Positions 23,480 to 31,916 of a stretch of 32,000 nucleotides of DNA are shown in pieces. Origin of the DNA: Coralloluteibacterium stylophorae (GTDB lineage: Bacteria > Pseudomonadota > Gammaproteobacteria > Xanthomonadales > Xanthomonadaceae); assembly GCF_018122625.2 (NCBI RefSeq), contig NZ_JAGQFT020000013.1, forward strand, positions 66,376-98,375, read 5' to 3'. Each line of letters begins with the position of its first letter. The stretch's first letter is position 1. The position numbers and the translations under genes are program-made. Below the pieces are notes generated by a model. The model worked only from the letters and a program-made list of their open reading frames with translations, had not been told where the DNA came from and made no database searches.

Positions 23480-24400
23480 ATGAACACCCGCCCGCGCCTC
23501 CGCCTCGGCCTGTGCTGGCTGCTGCTCCTGTGCATGGCGGGCGCCGCGCAGGCGCGCCAGGGCCCGCCGCAGCCCCTGCTGTGGAGCGTCGAGACCGGAG
23601 ACCACCGGGTGTGGCTGCTGGGTTCGATCCACGTGATGCGCGCGGACGATTATCCGCTGGCGCCCGTCGTCGAGCGTGCCTTCGCCGATGCCGAGCACGT
23701 CGTGTTCGAGGTCGATCCGGGCGAAGCGCTGTCGGCCGCGACGGCCCCGCAGATGCTCGCCGCCGCCCAGGCCGGCCCCGGGGAGTCGCCGGCGCAGCTG
23801 CTGGGGCCGCGCGACTACGCGCGGCTGCAGGCCGTCGCCGCCGGGCAGGGGGTGGCGCCGGCGCTGCTGGCCGGATTCCGGCCGTGGTTCGTGAACCTGT
23901 CGCTGGCGCTTGCCGCGGCGAGCCGCAGCGGGCTCGACAACCAGCTCGGCCTCGATGTCGTGCTGATGCGGCGAGCCCTCGCCGCGGGCAAGGCGACCTC
24001 CGGGCTCGAGCGCGCGGCCGACCAGATCGAGGCGATCGCCGGCGCGCCGCTCGACGAGCAGCTCGTCGCGCTGCGGCGGGTGATCGAGGAGCCGTCCCTG
24101 CTGCAGGACGACGTCCGTCGCCTGCATGCGCTGTGGCGGGCGGGCGACGTCGATGGCCTGCTGGCGTCGGTGGAGGCCGAACTGGGCGAGCAGCCGGAGA
24201 CGCTGGAGCGGATCAACGCCGACCGCAACCGCAAGTGGCTGCCGCGGATCGAGGCGCTGGCGCGAGCTGGCGAGGGCGACGTCCTGATCGTCGTCGGCAG
24301 CCTGCACCTGCTCGGCGCGCACGGCGTGGTCGAGGGGCTGCGCGGGCGCGGCTGGACGCTGCGCCGGGTCGAGGCGGTGCCGACGCTCGCCACGCCCTGA
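23480..24400 (+). CDS. TraB/GumN (Tiki-like) family protein, secreted
   Basis: Sec signal MNTRPRLRLGLCWLLLLCMAGAAQA|R. N-terminal PLLWSVE...VWLLGSIHV and C-terminal VLIVVGSLHLLG motifs are characteristic of the GumN/TraB/PrgY family. The start is 2 nt after the DUF1684 stop. Confidence 0.8.
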   Translation: MNTRPRLRLGLCWLLLLCMAGAAQARQGPPQPLLWSVETGDHRVWLLGSIHVMRADDYPLAPVVERAFADAEHVVFEVDPGEALSAATAPQMLAAAQAGPGESPAQLLGPRDYARLQAVAAGQGVAPALLAGFRPWFVNLSLALAAASRSGLDNQLGLDVVLMRRALAAGKATSGLERAADQIEAIAGAPLDEQLVALRRVIEEPSLLQDDVRRLHALWRAGDVDGLLASVEAELGEQPETLERINADRNRKWLPRIEALARAGEGDVLIVVGSLHLLGAHGVVEGLRGRGWTLRRVEAVPTLATP

Positions 24401-24402
24401 CC

Positions 24403-25347
24403 TCAGGCGACGAAGCGGGCGTCCTCGGCGGCGAAGCCCACCACCAGGGCGCCCTTGCCGACGTTGACCATGCCGGTGAGGCTCATCACGCTCTCCAGCA
24501 TCTCCACGCCGTGTTCCGCGCAGGCCGCGCGCAGGCGCGCGTAGCCGGGCAGGGCGCGCATGCCGTCGAGCGCGCCGCCGTAGCTCAGGCACAGCGTCGG
24601 CGTCAGCAGACCGGCGCGGATGCGCTGCACGGTGAAGTCGAACAGCTTCTCCACCGCCGGCTCGAAGCCGCGGATCTTGGCGACGGGACCGGTCTCGCCC
24701 TGGTTGCAGTGCAGGACCGGCTTGATGTCGAGCGCGCTGCCGAGCGCGGCGCTGACCAGGCCGACGCTGCGGTCGCCCTTGGTGCGGGCGCGGGCGCGCA
24801 GGTAGTAGAGGTCGCGCGGGATCATGTAGCCCTGGGTCCGGGCGGCCACCTCCTCGAGGCGGCTGCGGATCCGCACCGGGTTCTCGCCGGCGTCGCGCAG
24901 CCGCACCGCCTCCGCCGCCGGCACGCCCTGCGCGGCGAAGATGTTCTGGGTGTCGACGATGCGCAGGGCGAACGGCGAGGCATGGCCGGCCGCCAGCCGC
25001 GGGGTCTTGTAGTCGTTGAGGATGGCGAAGCTCGCCTGCTGCGCGTTCTCGAAGATCGGGCTGCGGGTGCGCGCGATGGTCAGGCAGAACACGTAGTCGT
25101 ATTCGGCCACCAGCCGCTCGAGGAACAGCGCCTTGATCTGCTCGGCGCCGTAGGGGACGGTCTCGGCCTCGGCGCCGCGTTCGGCGACGTGCGCATCGAG
25201 GAACTCCAGCGTCGCCTCCTCGTCGCGGTGGTCGGCGAAGGTCGCCCCGCCGATGCGCACCGTGATGGGCAGGATCGTGATCCCGTTGCGCTGCAGGTAG
25301 TCGAGCGGCAGGTCGCAGGCCGAGTCGACCACGATTCCGATACGCAT
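24403..25347 (-). CDS. DegV (FakB-like, EDD fold) family protein, divergent
   Basis: N-terminus MRIGIVVDSACDLP matches the family, as do the later LDIKPVL and GKGALVVGF segments and the ~310-aa length. The usual LSGTYQ motif is replaced by ARTRSPIFENAQ. A GGGGGA SD lies 4 nt upstream. Confidence 0.75.
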   Translation of the reverse strand: MRIGIVVDSACDLPLDYLQRNGITILPITVRIGGATFADHRDEEATLEFLDAHVAERGAEAETVPYGAEQIKALFLERLVAEYDYVFCLTIARTRSPIFENAQQASFAILNDYKTPRLAAGHASPFALRIVDTQNIFAAQGVPAAEAVRLRDAGENPVRIRSRLEEVAARTQGYMIPRDLYYLRARARTKGDRSVGLVSAALGSALDIKPVLHCNQGETGPVAKIRGFEPAVEKLFDFTVQRIRAGLLTPTLCLSYGGALDGMRALPGYARLRAACAEHGVEMLESVMSLTGMVNVGKGALVVGFAAEDARFVA

Positions 25348-25444
25348 GAAGTCCCCCTAGGCCTGGTTCCGGCGCGCCCCGCAGTGGCGGCGCGCAGGAT
25401 AGCGATGTGACGGGGGCCACACATGCTGCGCTGCGGTGCCGTGT

Positions 25445-26740
25445 TCAGACGCCGTCAGGATTGGGCGCCGGCGCGTCCCGCCGCCGGCACGATCGCGCCA
25501 GCGCGCCGCCGGTCGCCGCCCACGCCAGGGCGAGCCCGGCGCCGGCCAGGGCCGCCACCGCGGGGTGCTGCGAGAGCGCGTCGACTCCGGCCTTGGCCCA
25601 GCCGCTGACCGCGTCCGCACCGCGGTAGACCACGGTGTCGATGAAGTTCTTCGCCTTGTACTTGCTCGCCACCGGGACGAGGGTGAACAGCATCTCGCGC
25701 CCCGGTCGCACCAGCGCGTACTCGCCGGCGCGGCGCACCACCATCACCACCGCCAGCACCGCGAATACCGGGGCGAAGGCGAGCCAGACGAAGCCCGCGG
25801 CCGCCACCAGGGGCACCGCGACCAGCAGCACGCCCACGCCCAGGCGCCGGGCGATGCGGCCGGTCACGAACAGCTGGGTCAGGATCGCCAGCGTCTGCAC
25901 GATCGCATCCAGCGTGCCGAACACCCGGGTCTGTGCGTCGGGGTCGGGGAAGCTCGCCTCGACCAGCCGCGCCTGCTCGAAGTAGAGGAAGGTGCTGACG
26001 CTGGCCAGCAGCAGCACGAACAGGGAGATGCCCAGGAGATAGGGCGAGCGCGCGACGTCGCCGGCGCCGGCGAAGGGACTGCCGCCGAGCGGGCGCGAAC
26101 GCGCGGTGGGTTCCTGTTCGGGCAGCGGATGGCGGTCGCGCCAGCGCTGCAGGGCGCTCGCCGCGCCGGCGGAGGCGAGCAGCAGGCATAGCGACAGCCA
26201 CATCAGCCCGGCATGGCCGAATGCCCCGACCAGGCGGATCGCCAGCAGCGGCCCGAGCAGGCCGCCCGCGCTGGCACCGGCGGCGACCACGCCGAACAGA
26301 CGACGCGCCTGCTCGACGCTGAAGAGATCGGTGAGCACGCTCCAGGCGACCGAGATCGTCAGCAGGTTGAACACCGACAGCCAGATGTAGAACGCCCGCG
26401 CATTCCAGGCGTTGCCCGGATCGATGCCGAAGGCCACGGCGAACGCGGCGAGATGGCTGCCGAAGAAGGCGTAGGTCCACGGCAGGATCCTGCGCCGGCG
26501 CACGCGCGCGGCGATGGCGCCGAACAGCGGCATCGCCGCCAGCATCGCCACGAAGGTGCCGGTGAACAGCCACTGCAGGTTGTCGACGCCGCCGGCGATG
26601 CCCATGGTCTCGCGCACCGGCCGCAGCATGAAATAGCCGGTGAAGAGCAGGAAGAACATCGCCGCGCCCAGCAGCACCGCGGGGAGCTCGCCGCGCCGCG
26701 CACCCAGCGCGCGGGCGACGGGCGCGACGAGGCCGGTCAT
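25445..26740 (-). CDS. MFS-type transporter, ATP/ADP-translocase-like (TLC/Npt, COG3202-like) branch
   Basis: 431 aa and polytopic. The N-terminal signature FFLLFTGYFMLRPVRETMG resembles the TLC/Npt family hallmark (F-x-L-x-x-Y-x-x-LR-x-x-[KR]-[DE]). The substrate cannot be called from sequence. Confidence 0.7.
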   Translation of the reverse strand: MTGLVAPVARALGARRGELPAVLLGAAMFFLLFTGYFMLRPVRETMGIAGGVDNLQWLFTGTFVAMLAAMPLFGAIAARVRRRRILPWTYAFFGSHLAAFAVAFGIDPGNAWNARAFYIWLSVFNLLTISVAWSVLTDLFSVEQARRLFGVVAAGASAGGLLGPLLAIRLVGAFGHAGLMWLSLCLLLASAGAASALQRWRDRHPLPEQEPTARSRPLGGSPFAGAGDVARSPYLLGISLFVLLLASVSTFLYFEQARLVEASFPDPDAQTRVFGTLDAIVQTLAILTQLFVTGRIARRLGVGVLLVAVPLVAAAGFVWLAFAPVFAVLAVVMVVRRAGEYALVRPGREMLFTLVPVASKYKAKNFIDTVVYRGADAVSGWAKAGVDALSQHPAVAALAGAGLALAWAATGGALARSCRRRDAPAPNPDGV

Positions 26741-26771
26741 GACGCGCGCGAGTCCCCGGGCGCCCGCGCGA

Positions 26772-27683
26772 TCATCGGAACATCCCGATCAGTTCCTGCC
26801 GCTGGGCATCGGACAACAGGTCGCCGCTGCCGGCCTGCAGGTTGTCGCTCTGGCGGTGCGGCTTGCCGGTCGCGGGGATCACCACGGTGACGGCCGGATG
26901 GCTCAGCGCGAACTTCAGGAACAGCTGCGCCCAGGAGGTGCTGCCGATCTCCGCCGCCCAGCCCGGCAGGGGTCGGTCGCGCACCTTCGAGAACAGCTTG
27001 CCGTCGTCGAAGGCGCGGTTGACGATCACCGCCACGCCCAGTTCCTCGGCGACGGGGAAGACCGTCTCGGCCGCCTGCGGCGCCGTCACCGAATAGTTGA
27101 TCTGCAGGAAGTCGGGCTTCTCCGCGCGCACGACGCGCACCAGTTCGTCGTGGCCGCTCTCGAGGTAGTGGGTCACGCCGACGTAGCGGGTCTTGCCCTC
27201 CGCCTTGAGCTCGCGCGCGTAGGCGAGCTGCGTCTGCCAGGCGCGGAGGTTGTGGATCTGCAGCAGCTCGACGTGGTCGGTGCGCAGGCTTCGCAGCGAC
27301 TGCGCCCATTGCGCCTCCGCGGCGGCGCGGTCGTCGGCGGCGATCTTGGTGGCGAGGAAGCAGTCGTCGCGCCAGCCGCCGGCCTCGAGCAGCGCGCCCA
27401 GGATGCGGTCGGCGCCCTGGTAGTTCGGCGAGGTGTCGATGAGCCGGCCGCCGCCTTCGAAGAACCGCTTCAGCACCTCCTTCAGCGCCTCGTACTCGGC
27501 CGAGCCCTGCTCGACCGCGAAGCTGCCCGAGGTGCCCATGCCGATGACCGGCAGCGGCTGGCCGCTGGCGGGGATGCGCCGGCTGCGCATGGCGTCGGCG
27601 GAGCCGGCGGCGAACGCGGGGCGGAATGCGGCGCCGGCGGCGGCGAGCGCGCCCAGGGCCAGGAACGAGCGACGTGACGGCAT
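26772..27683 (-). CDS. Aldo/keto reductase with twin-arginine (Tat) signal peptide
   Basis: The N-terminus MPSRRSFLALGALAAAGAAFRPAFAAGSADA has the Tat consensus SRRxFL. A GGAGG SD lies 8 nt upstream of ATG 27683. AKR catalytic contexts are present: IDTSPNY (Asp/Tyr), FLATK (Lys), LLQIHN (His). An internal Met at 27590 would give a signal-less form but has no SD. Confidence 0.85.
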   Translation of the reverse strand: MPSRRSFLALGALAAAGAAFRPAFAAGSADAMRSRRIPASGQPLPVIGMGTSGSFAVEQGSAEYEALKEVLKRFFEGGGRLIDTSPNYQGADRILGALLEAGGWRDDCFLATKIAADDRAAAEAQWAQSLRSLRTDHVELLQIHNLRAWQTQLAYARELKAEGKTRYVGVTHYLESGHDELVRVVRAEKPDFLQINYSVTAPQAAETVFPVAEELGVAVIVNRAFDDGKLFSKVRDRPLPGWAAEIGSTSWAQLFLKFALSHPAVTVVIPATGKPHRQSDNLQAGSGDLLSDAQRQELIGMFR

Positions 27684-27764
27684 GGCGGGACCCTCCTCGG
27701 CTGGTGGCGCCACCTTAGTCGCCGCGCGCGGGACGCCGGGTAAAGGTGGCGTTAACCGGCGCGC

Positions 27765-28205
27765 TCACCCGTCCCCGCGCGGGCGCAGGTGGATGCAGTC
27801 GACCGGGCACGGCGCGATGCACAGCTCGCAGCCGGTGCAGGCGTCGGCGAGGATCGTGTGCATGCGCCTGGGCGCGCCGACGATGGCGTCGACCGGGCAG
27901 GCCTGGATGCACTTGGTGCAGCCGATGCAGACCGCCTCGTCGATCCAGGCGACCTCGGGCGGGTGCTCGCTGCCGCAGTCCTGGTCGAGCGGCGCCACCG
28001 CGCGCGCGAGCAGCGCGGCCAGCGCGCGGATGCCGGCCTCGCCGCCGGGCGGGCAGCGGTTGATCGCCTCGCCGTCGGCCACGGCCTGCGCATAGTCGCG
28101 GCAGGCCGGATAGCCGCAGCGGGTGCACTGGGTCTGCGGCAGCAGCGCGTCGATGGCGTCGATGCGCTGCAGTCGGGATGCGTCGGGCGGCAGGAACTCG
28201 GGCAT
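27765..28205 (-). CDS. rnfB: RnfB/RsxB-like Fe-S protein, soluble (no N-terminal membrane anchor)
   Basis: [29 protein letters not shown] is the RnfB N-terminal Fe-S domain. Two ferredoxin motifs follow: [12 protein letters not shown] and [12 protein letters not shown]. It is collinear with E. coli RsxB residues ~40-190. Only the last 146 codons of the 679-aa track ORF are real. Confidence 0.85.
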   Translation of the reverse strand: MPEFLPPDASRLQRIDAIDALLPQTQCTRCGYPACRDYAQAVADGEAINRCPPGGEAGIRALAALLARAVAPLDQDCGSEHPPEVAWIDEAVCIGCTKCIQACPVDAIVGAPRRMHTILADACTGCELCIAPCPVDCIHLRPRGDG

Positions 28206-28234
28206 TGCACGGGCGCCGCAGGGGCGCCGCGGAT

Positions 28235-29572
28235 TCAGGACGGGGTGGCGCCGAGGCGGGCGCGGCGGCCGAACAGGCGGAAGGCGACCCAGGCCACGAC
28301 CGCGATCGCGAGCGCGCCGAGCGCCTCGGCCACGGGGGAGCTCAGGACCAGCAGCGCACAGGCGACGATGGCGCCGGTGCCCAGCAGGCGGTCGCCCGGC
28401 CCGGGGCGCCGTTCCGGCGTGCCGAGGATCAGGGTCAGGCCCGCGGTGGCGTACATCACCGTGACCAGCAGCACCGCCATGTTGATGATGGTGCCGAACT
28501 GTTCGCCGATGGTGGGCGCGCTCGAAACCCAGGCCAGCACGCTCATCGCCACCACGATCACCGCCAGGCCGGCGTGCGCCGCCCCGTTGCGGTTGTAGCG
28601 GCCGAAGAAGCCGGGCAGCAGGCCGCGCTGCGCGGCGCGCGCGCCGGACTCGCCGGTCACCAGCATCCAGCCGCCGAGGGTGCCGGTGGCCTTGAGCGCG
28701 GCCGCGCCGGCGATCAGCACCGCCGCCCATGGCCCGAACACGCGCGCGGCGACCTCGGCGAACGGCGCGCTCGAGGCGAACAGCACGTCGGCCGGGACGA
28801 TGCCCATCACCAGCACCGAGCTGACCACGTAGACCACGCCGGCGATCAGGATGCCGCCGAGCGTCGCCAGCGGCACGTTGCGCGACGGGTTGCGGACCAC
28901 GCCGGCGACCATCGCGCTGGTCTCCAGGCCGATGAAGGCCCAGAAGATCGGCGCCAGGGCGCCGAAGGTCAGCGACAGTCCCGACTGCGGCTCGGCATTC
29001 TCGGTGTTCCAGGCCTCGCCGGTGGTGTTCCAGGCGGCGCGGAAGGTGTCGCCGTCGAACTCCAGCCAGCCGCCGCCCAGCACCATCAGCACCGGCAGCA
29101 GGCCCAGCACCAGGCAGGCCGACTGGAACCGGGCGATCGGCTTGGGCCCGCACAGGTTCAGCGCGAACACCAGCCACAGCAGGCCGATCTGGCCGTAGAT
29201 CTGGGTGTCCGCGCCCTGCAGCGAGGCCGGCAGCAGGACCACCAGGTAGCCGATCGCCGCCACGGCGATGGCGTTGTTGCCGATCCACGAGGACAGCCAG
29301 TAGAGCGTGGCGGCGAGGAAGCCGGCATCGCGGCCGAGCGACGGGGTGACGTAGTCGGCGGGGCTTTCCAGGTCCGGGAAGGTGCGCGCCAGTCGCGCGA
29401 AGGTCATCCCGAGCACGCTCGCCAGCAGGGTCGCCAGGATCCACGACAGCGCCGAGATGCTGCCGATCCCGGCCAGGCTCGCCGGCAGCAGGAAGAAGCC
29501 GGAGCCGATCATGTTGTTGGCGACCATGAAGGTCGCGAGCAGTGGCCCGATGCGGCGGGTCGGTTCGGTCAT
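28235..29572 (-). CDS. Amino acid permease, APA (AdiC/PotE/CadB-like basic amino acid/polyamine antiporter) family
   Basis: [19 protein letters not shown] and [15 protein letters not shown] closely parallel AdiC (GNIMGSGVFLLPANLA, LYWLACWIGNIAMVV). 445 aa with a 12-TM profile. Confidence 0.85.
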   Translation of the reverse strand: MTEPTRRIGPLLATFMVANNMIGSGFFLLPASLAGIGSISALSWILATLLASVLGMTFARLARTFPDLESPADYVTPSLGRDAGFLAATLYWLSSWIGNNAIAVAAIGYLVVLLPASLQGADTQIYGQIGLLWLVFALNLCGPKPIARFQSACLVLGLLPVLMVLGGGWLEFDGDTFRAAWNTTGEAWNTENAEPQSGLSLTFGALAPIFWAFIGLETSAMVAGVVRNPSRNVPLATLGGILIAGVVYVVSSVLVMGIVPADVLFASSAPFAEVAARVFGPWAAVLIAGAAALKATGTLGGWMLVTGESGARAAQRGLLPGFFGRYNRNGAAHAGLAVIVVAMSVLAWVSSAPTIGEQFGTIINMAVLLVTVMYATAGLTLILGTPERRPGPGDRLLGTGAIVACALLVLSSPVAEALGALAIAVVAWVAFRLFGRRARLGATPS

Positions 29573-29742
29573 GGAGTCCCCGTGGATGCGAACGGGCGCC
29601 GCGGCGCCGGTGCGGCCGTCCCCGCCGCGAAGCGCCCAAGCCTACCCGAGGCCGCGCGGCTTGTGCGCGGCCCGTGGACGACGCGGGCGCGGGATCCCTG
29701 CGGCGCTGCCGGCCGCGACTGCGGGCGGCGGAACGGGCGGCG

Positions 29743-31827
29743 TCAGCGCACCGTGGCGCCGGCCGCGGCGCCGGCGTCGGCGTCCAGCAGGAACAGGTCG
29801 GCACCGCCTTCGCCGGCCGACAGGATCATTCCCTCGCTCACCCCGAAGCGCATCTTGCGCGGCGCCAGGTTGGCGACGAACACCACGCGCCGGCCGACCA
29901 GCTTCTCCGGCTCCGGGTAGGCGGCCTTGATGCCGGAGAAGATCTGGCGGGTGCCGAGCGGGCCGGCGTCGAGCTCGAAGCGCAGCAGCTTGTCCGAGCC
30001 CTCGACGTGCTCGCAGGCACGCACGATGCCCACGCGCAGGTCGAGCCTGGCGAAGTCGTCGATGCCGATGGTGGCCGGGGCGGGCCCGGGCGTCGCGGCC
30101 GGGGCGGCGGCGGCCTTGGCCGGCTTCGCGGGCGGCTGCGCGGCGGTCTCGGCGGCGGGCATGGATTCGGTGCTGGCGTCGGTCATCTGCGTGATCTTCG
30201 TGGGGTCGATGCGGGTCATCAGCGGCTCGAACGGCGCGATGACGTGATCCAGGAGCGGCGCGTCGGCCGCGTCCCAGCGGGCGAGGCCGGCGTCGAGGAA
30301 GCGCTCGGCGCGCGCCACTGTGGCCGGCAGCACCGGGCGCAGGGCGAGGGCGAGCACGCGGAACAGGTTCAGGCCCTGGCTGCACACCGCCTGCAGTTCG
30401 GCGTCGGCGCCGTCGCGCTTGGCGACCACCCAGGGCTTGGTCTCGTCGATGTAGCGGTTGGCCTCGTCGGCCAGCGCCATGGTCAGGCGCAGCGCGTGGC
30501 CGAAGCGGTCCTGCGCGTAGGCCTCGCGGATCTCGGGCAGGGCGGCGACGAAGCGCCGGTACATCGCCGCGTCCGGCAGCGTCGCCGCGAGACGGCCCTC
30601 GAAGCGCTTGCCGATGAAGCCCGCGCAGCGGCTGGCGATGTTGACGAACTTGCCGACCAGGTCGGCGTTGACGCGCTGCTGGAAGTCGTCGAGGTTGAGG
30701 TCGAGGTCGTCGACGCCGCCCGAGGACTTGGCGGCGAAGTAGTAGCGCAGCGCCTCGGGATCGAGCCCGGCGTCGAGGTAGGTGCGCGCCTGCACGAAGG
30801 TGCCGCGCGACTTCGACATCTTGGCGCCGTTCACCGTCAGGTAGCCGTTGACGTGCAGTGCCGTCGGCACGCGCAGCTCCGCGCCGTGCAGCATCGCCGG
30901 CCAGAACAGGCCGTGGAAGTTGACGATGTCCTTGCCGATGAAGTGGTGCATCTCGGTGTCGGCACCGGCGCCGACGATGGCGTCGAAGTCGACGCCGTGG
31001 ATGTCGCACCAGGCCTTGAAGCTGGCCAGGTAGCCGATCGGCGCATCCAGCCAGACGTAGAAGAACTTGCCCGGCGCGTCGGGAATGGGGAAGCCGAAGT
31101 AGGGCGCGTCGCGGGAGATGTCCCAGTCGCGCAGGCCGCCCTCGGCGTCCAGCCACTCGCGCAGCTTGGCGATCACGCCCGGATGCGCGACCGGCTTGCC
31201 GCGGCTGCCGGCGCCGTCGAGCCAGGCGCGCAGCACGGTTTCGTACCTGCCGAGCTCGAAGAAGTAGTGCTCGGATTCGCGCAGCTCCGGGGTGGCTCCG
31301 GAGACCACCGAGCGCGGGTTGATCAGGTCGGTCGGCGCGTAGGTCGCCCCGCAGTGCTCGCAGTTGTCGCCGTACTGGTCGGGCGTGCCGCAGCGCGGGC
31401 AGGTGCCCTTGATGTAGCGGTCGGGCAGGAACATGCCCTTGACCGGGTCGTAGAGCTGCTGGATCGAACGCCGCGCGATGCTGCCGGCCTCGCGCAGGCG
31501 CCGGTAGACCGTCTCCGCGAGTTCGCGGTTCTCGACCGAATGGGTCGAGTGGTAGTGGTCGAAGGCGACGCCGAAGTCGGCGAAGTCGCGCTCGTGCCCG
31601 GCCTGGATGCCGGCGATGAAGGCCTCCGGCGCCACGCCGGCCTTCTCCGCGGCGAGCATGATCGGCGTGCCATGGGCGTCGTCGGCGCACACGAAGTGCG
31701 TGGTCGCGCCCTCCATGCGTCGCGCGCGCACCCAGATGTCGGCCTGGATGTAGCCCACCAGGTGGCCCAGGTGCAGCGGACCGTTGGCGTAGGGCAGGGC
31801 GGCGGTGACGAGGGCGGTGCGTGACAT
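29743..31827 (-). CDS. metG: Methionine--tRNA ligase
   Basis: Class I motifs [12 protein letters not shown] and KMSKSRG, plus the zinc knuckle [18 protein letters not shown]. An Ala/Pro linker precedes a C-terminal Trbp111/EMAPII-like tRNA-binding domain (DLRVGIV...). Confidence 0.95.
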   Translation of the reverse strand: MSRTALVTAALPYANGPLHLGHLVGYIQADIWVRARRMEGATTHFVCADDAHGTPIMLAAEKAGVAPEAFIAGIQAGHERDFADFGVAFDHYHSTHSVENRELAETVYRRLREAGSIARRSIQQLYDPVKGMFLPDRYIKGTCPRCGTPDQYGDNCEHCGATYAPTDLINPRSVVSGATPELRESEHYFFELGRYETVLRAWLDGAGSRGKPVAHPGVIAKLREWLDAEGGLRDWDISRDAPYFGFPIPDAPGKFFYVWLDAPIGYLASFKAWCDIHGVDFDAIVGAGADTEMHHFIGKDIVNFHGLFWPAMLHGAELRVPTALHVNGYLTVNGAKMSKSRGTFVQARTYLDAGLDPEALRYYFAAKSSGGVDDLDLNLDDFQQRVNADLVGKFVNIASRCAGFIGKRFEGRLAATLPDAAMYRRFVAALPEIREAYAQDRFGHALRLTMALADEANRYIDETKPWVVAKRDGADAELQAVCSQGLNLFRVLALALRPVLPATVARAERFLDAGLARWDAADAPLLDHVIAPFEPLMTRIDPTKITQMTDASTESMPAAETAAQPPAKPAKAAAAPAATPGPAPATIGIDDFARLDLRVGIVRACEHVEGSDKLLRFELDAGPLGTRQIFSGIKAAYPEPEKLVGRRVVFVANLAPRKMRFGVSEGMILSAGEGGADLFLLDADAGAAAGATVR

Positions 31828-31842
31828 GCGGGCACGGCGGAT

Positions 31843-31887
31843 CGGGAGAGCGCGCGATTATGGCACGCTGCAGCATCCGCTCTCCCG
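31843..31887. repeat. 10-bp perfect inverted repeat in the metG upstream region
   Basis: CGGGAGAGCG (31843-31852) and CGCTCTCCCG (31878-31887) are separated by 25 nt. That spacer contains a CATAAT -10-like hexamer (minus strand) and the palindrome GCTGCAGC. The repeat starts 15 nt upstream of the metG ATG. Confidence 0.6.
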
Positions 31888-31916
31888 CCGCGCGCGGCTG
31901 CGGCGGTGCGGTGGGC

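Noticed and set aside
23390-31876. Alternate-frame ORFs 23390-25420 (676 aa), 23512-25410, 25455-26573, 26640-27677, 28178-29920, 29542-31824 (760 aa), 29642-31876 (744 aa), and the N-terminal 533 codons of 27765-29804
   Set aside because: These are shadow frames of the GumN-like, DegV, MFS, AKR, APA-permease and metG genes. For 27765-29804 only the C-terminal 146 aa (the RnfB-like part) is protein-like; the rest overlaps the permease in another frame.
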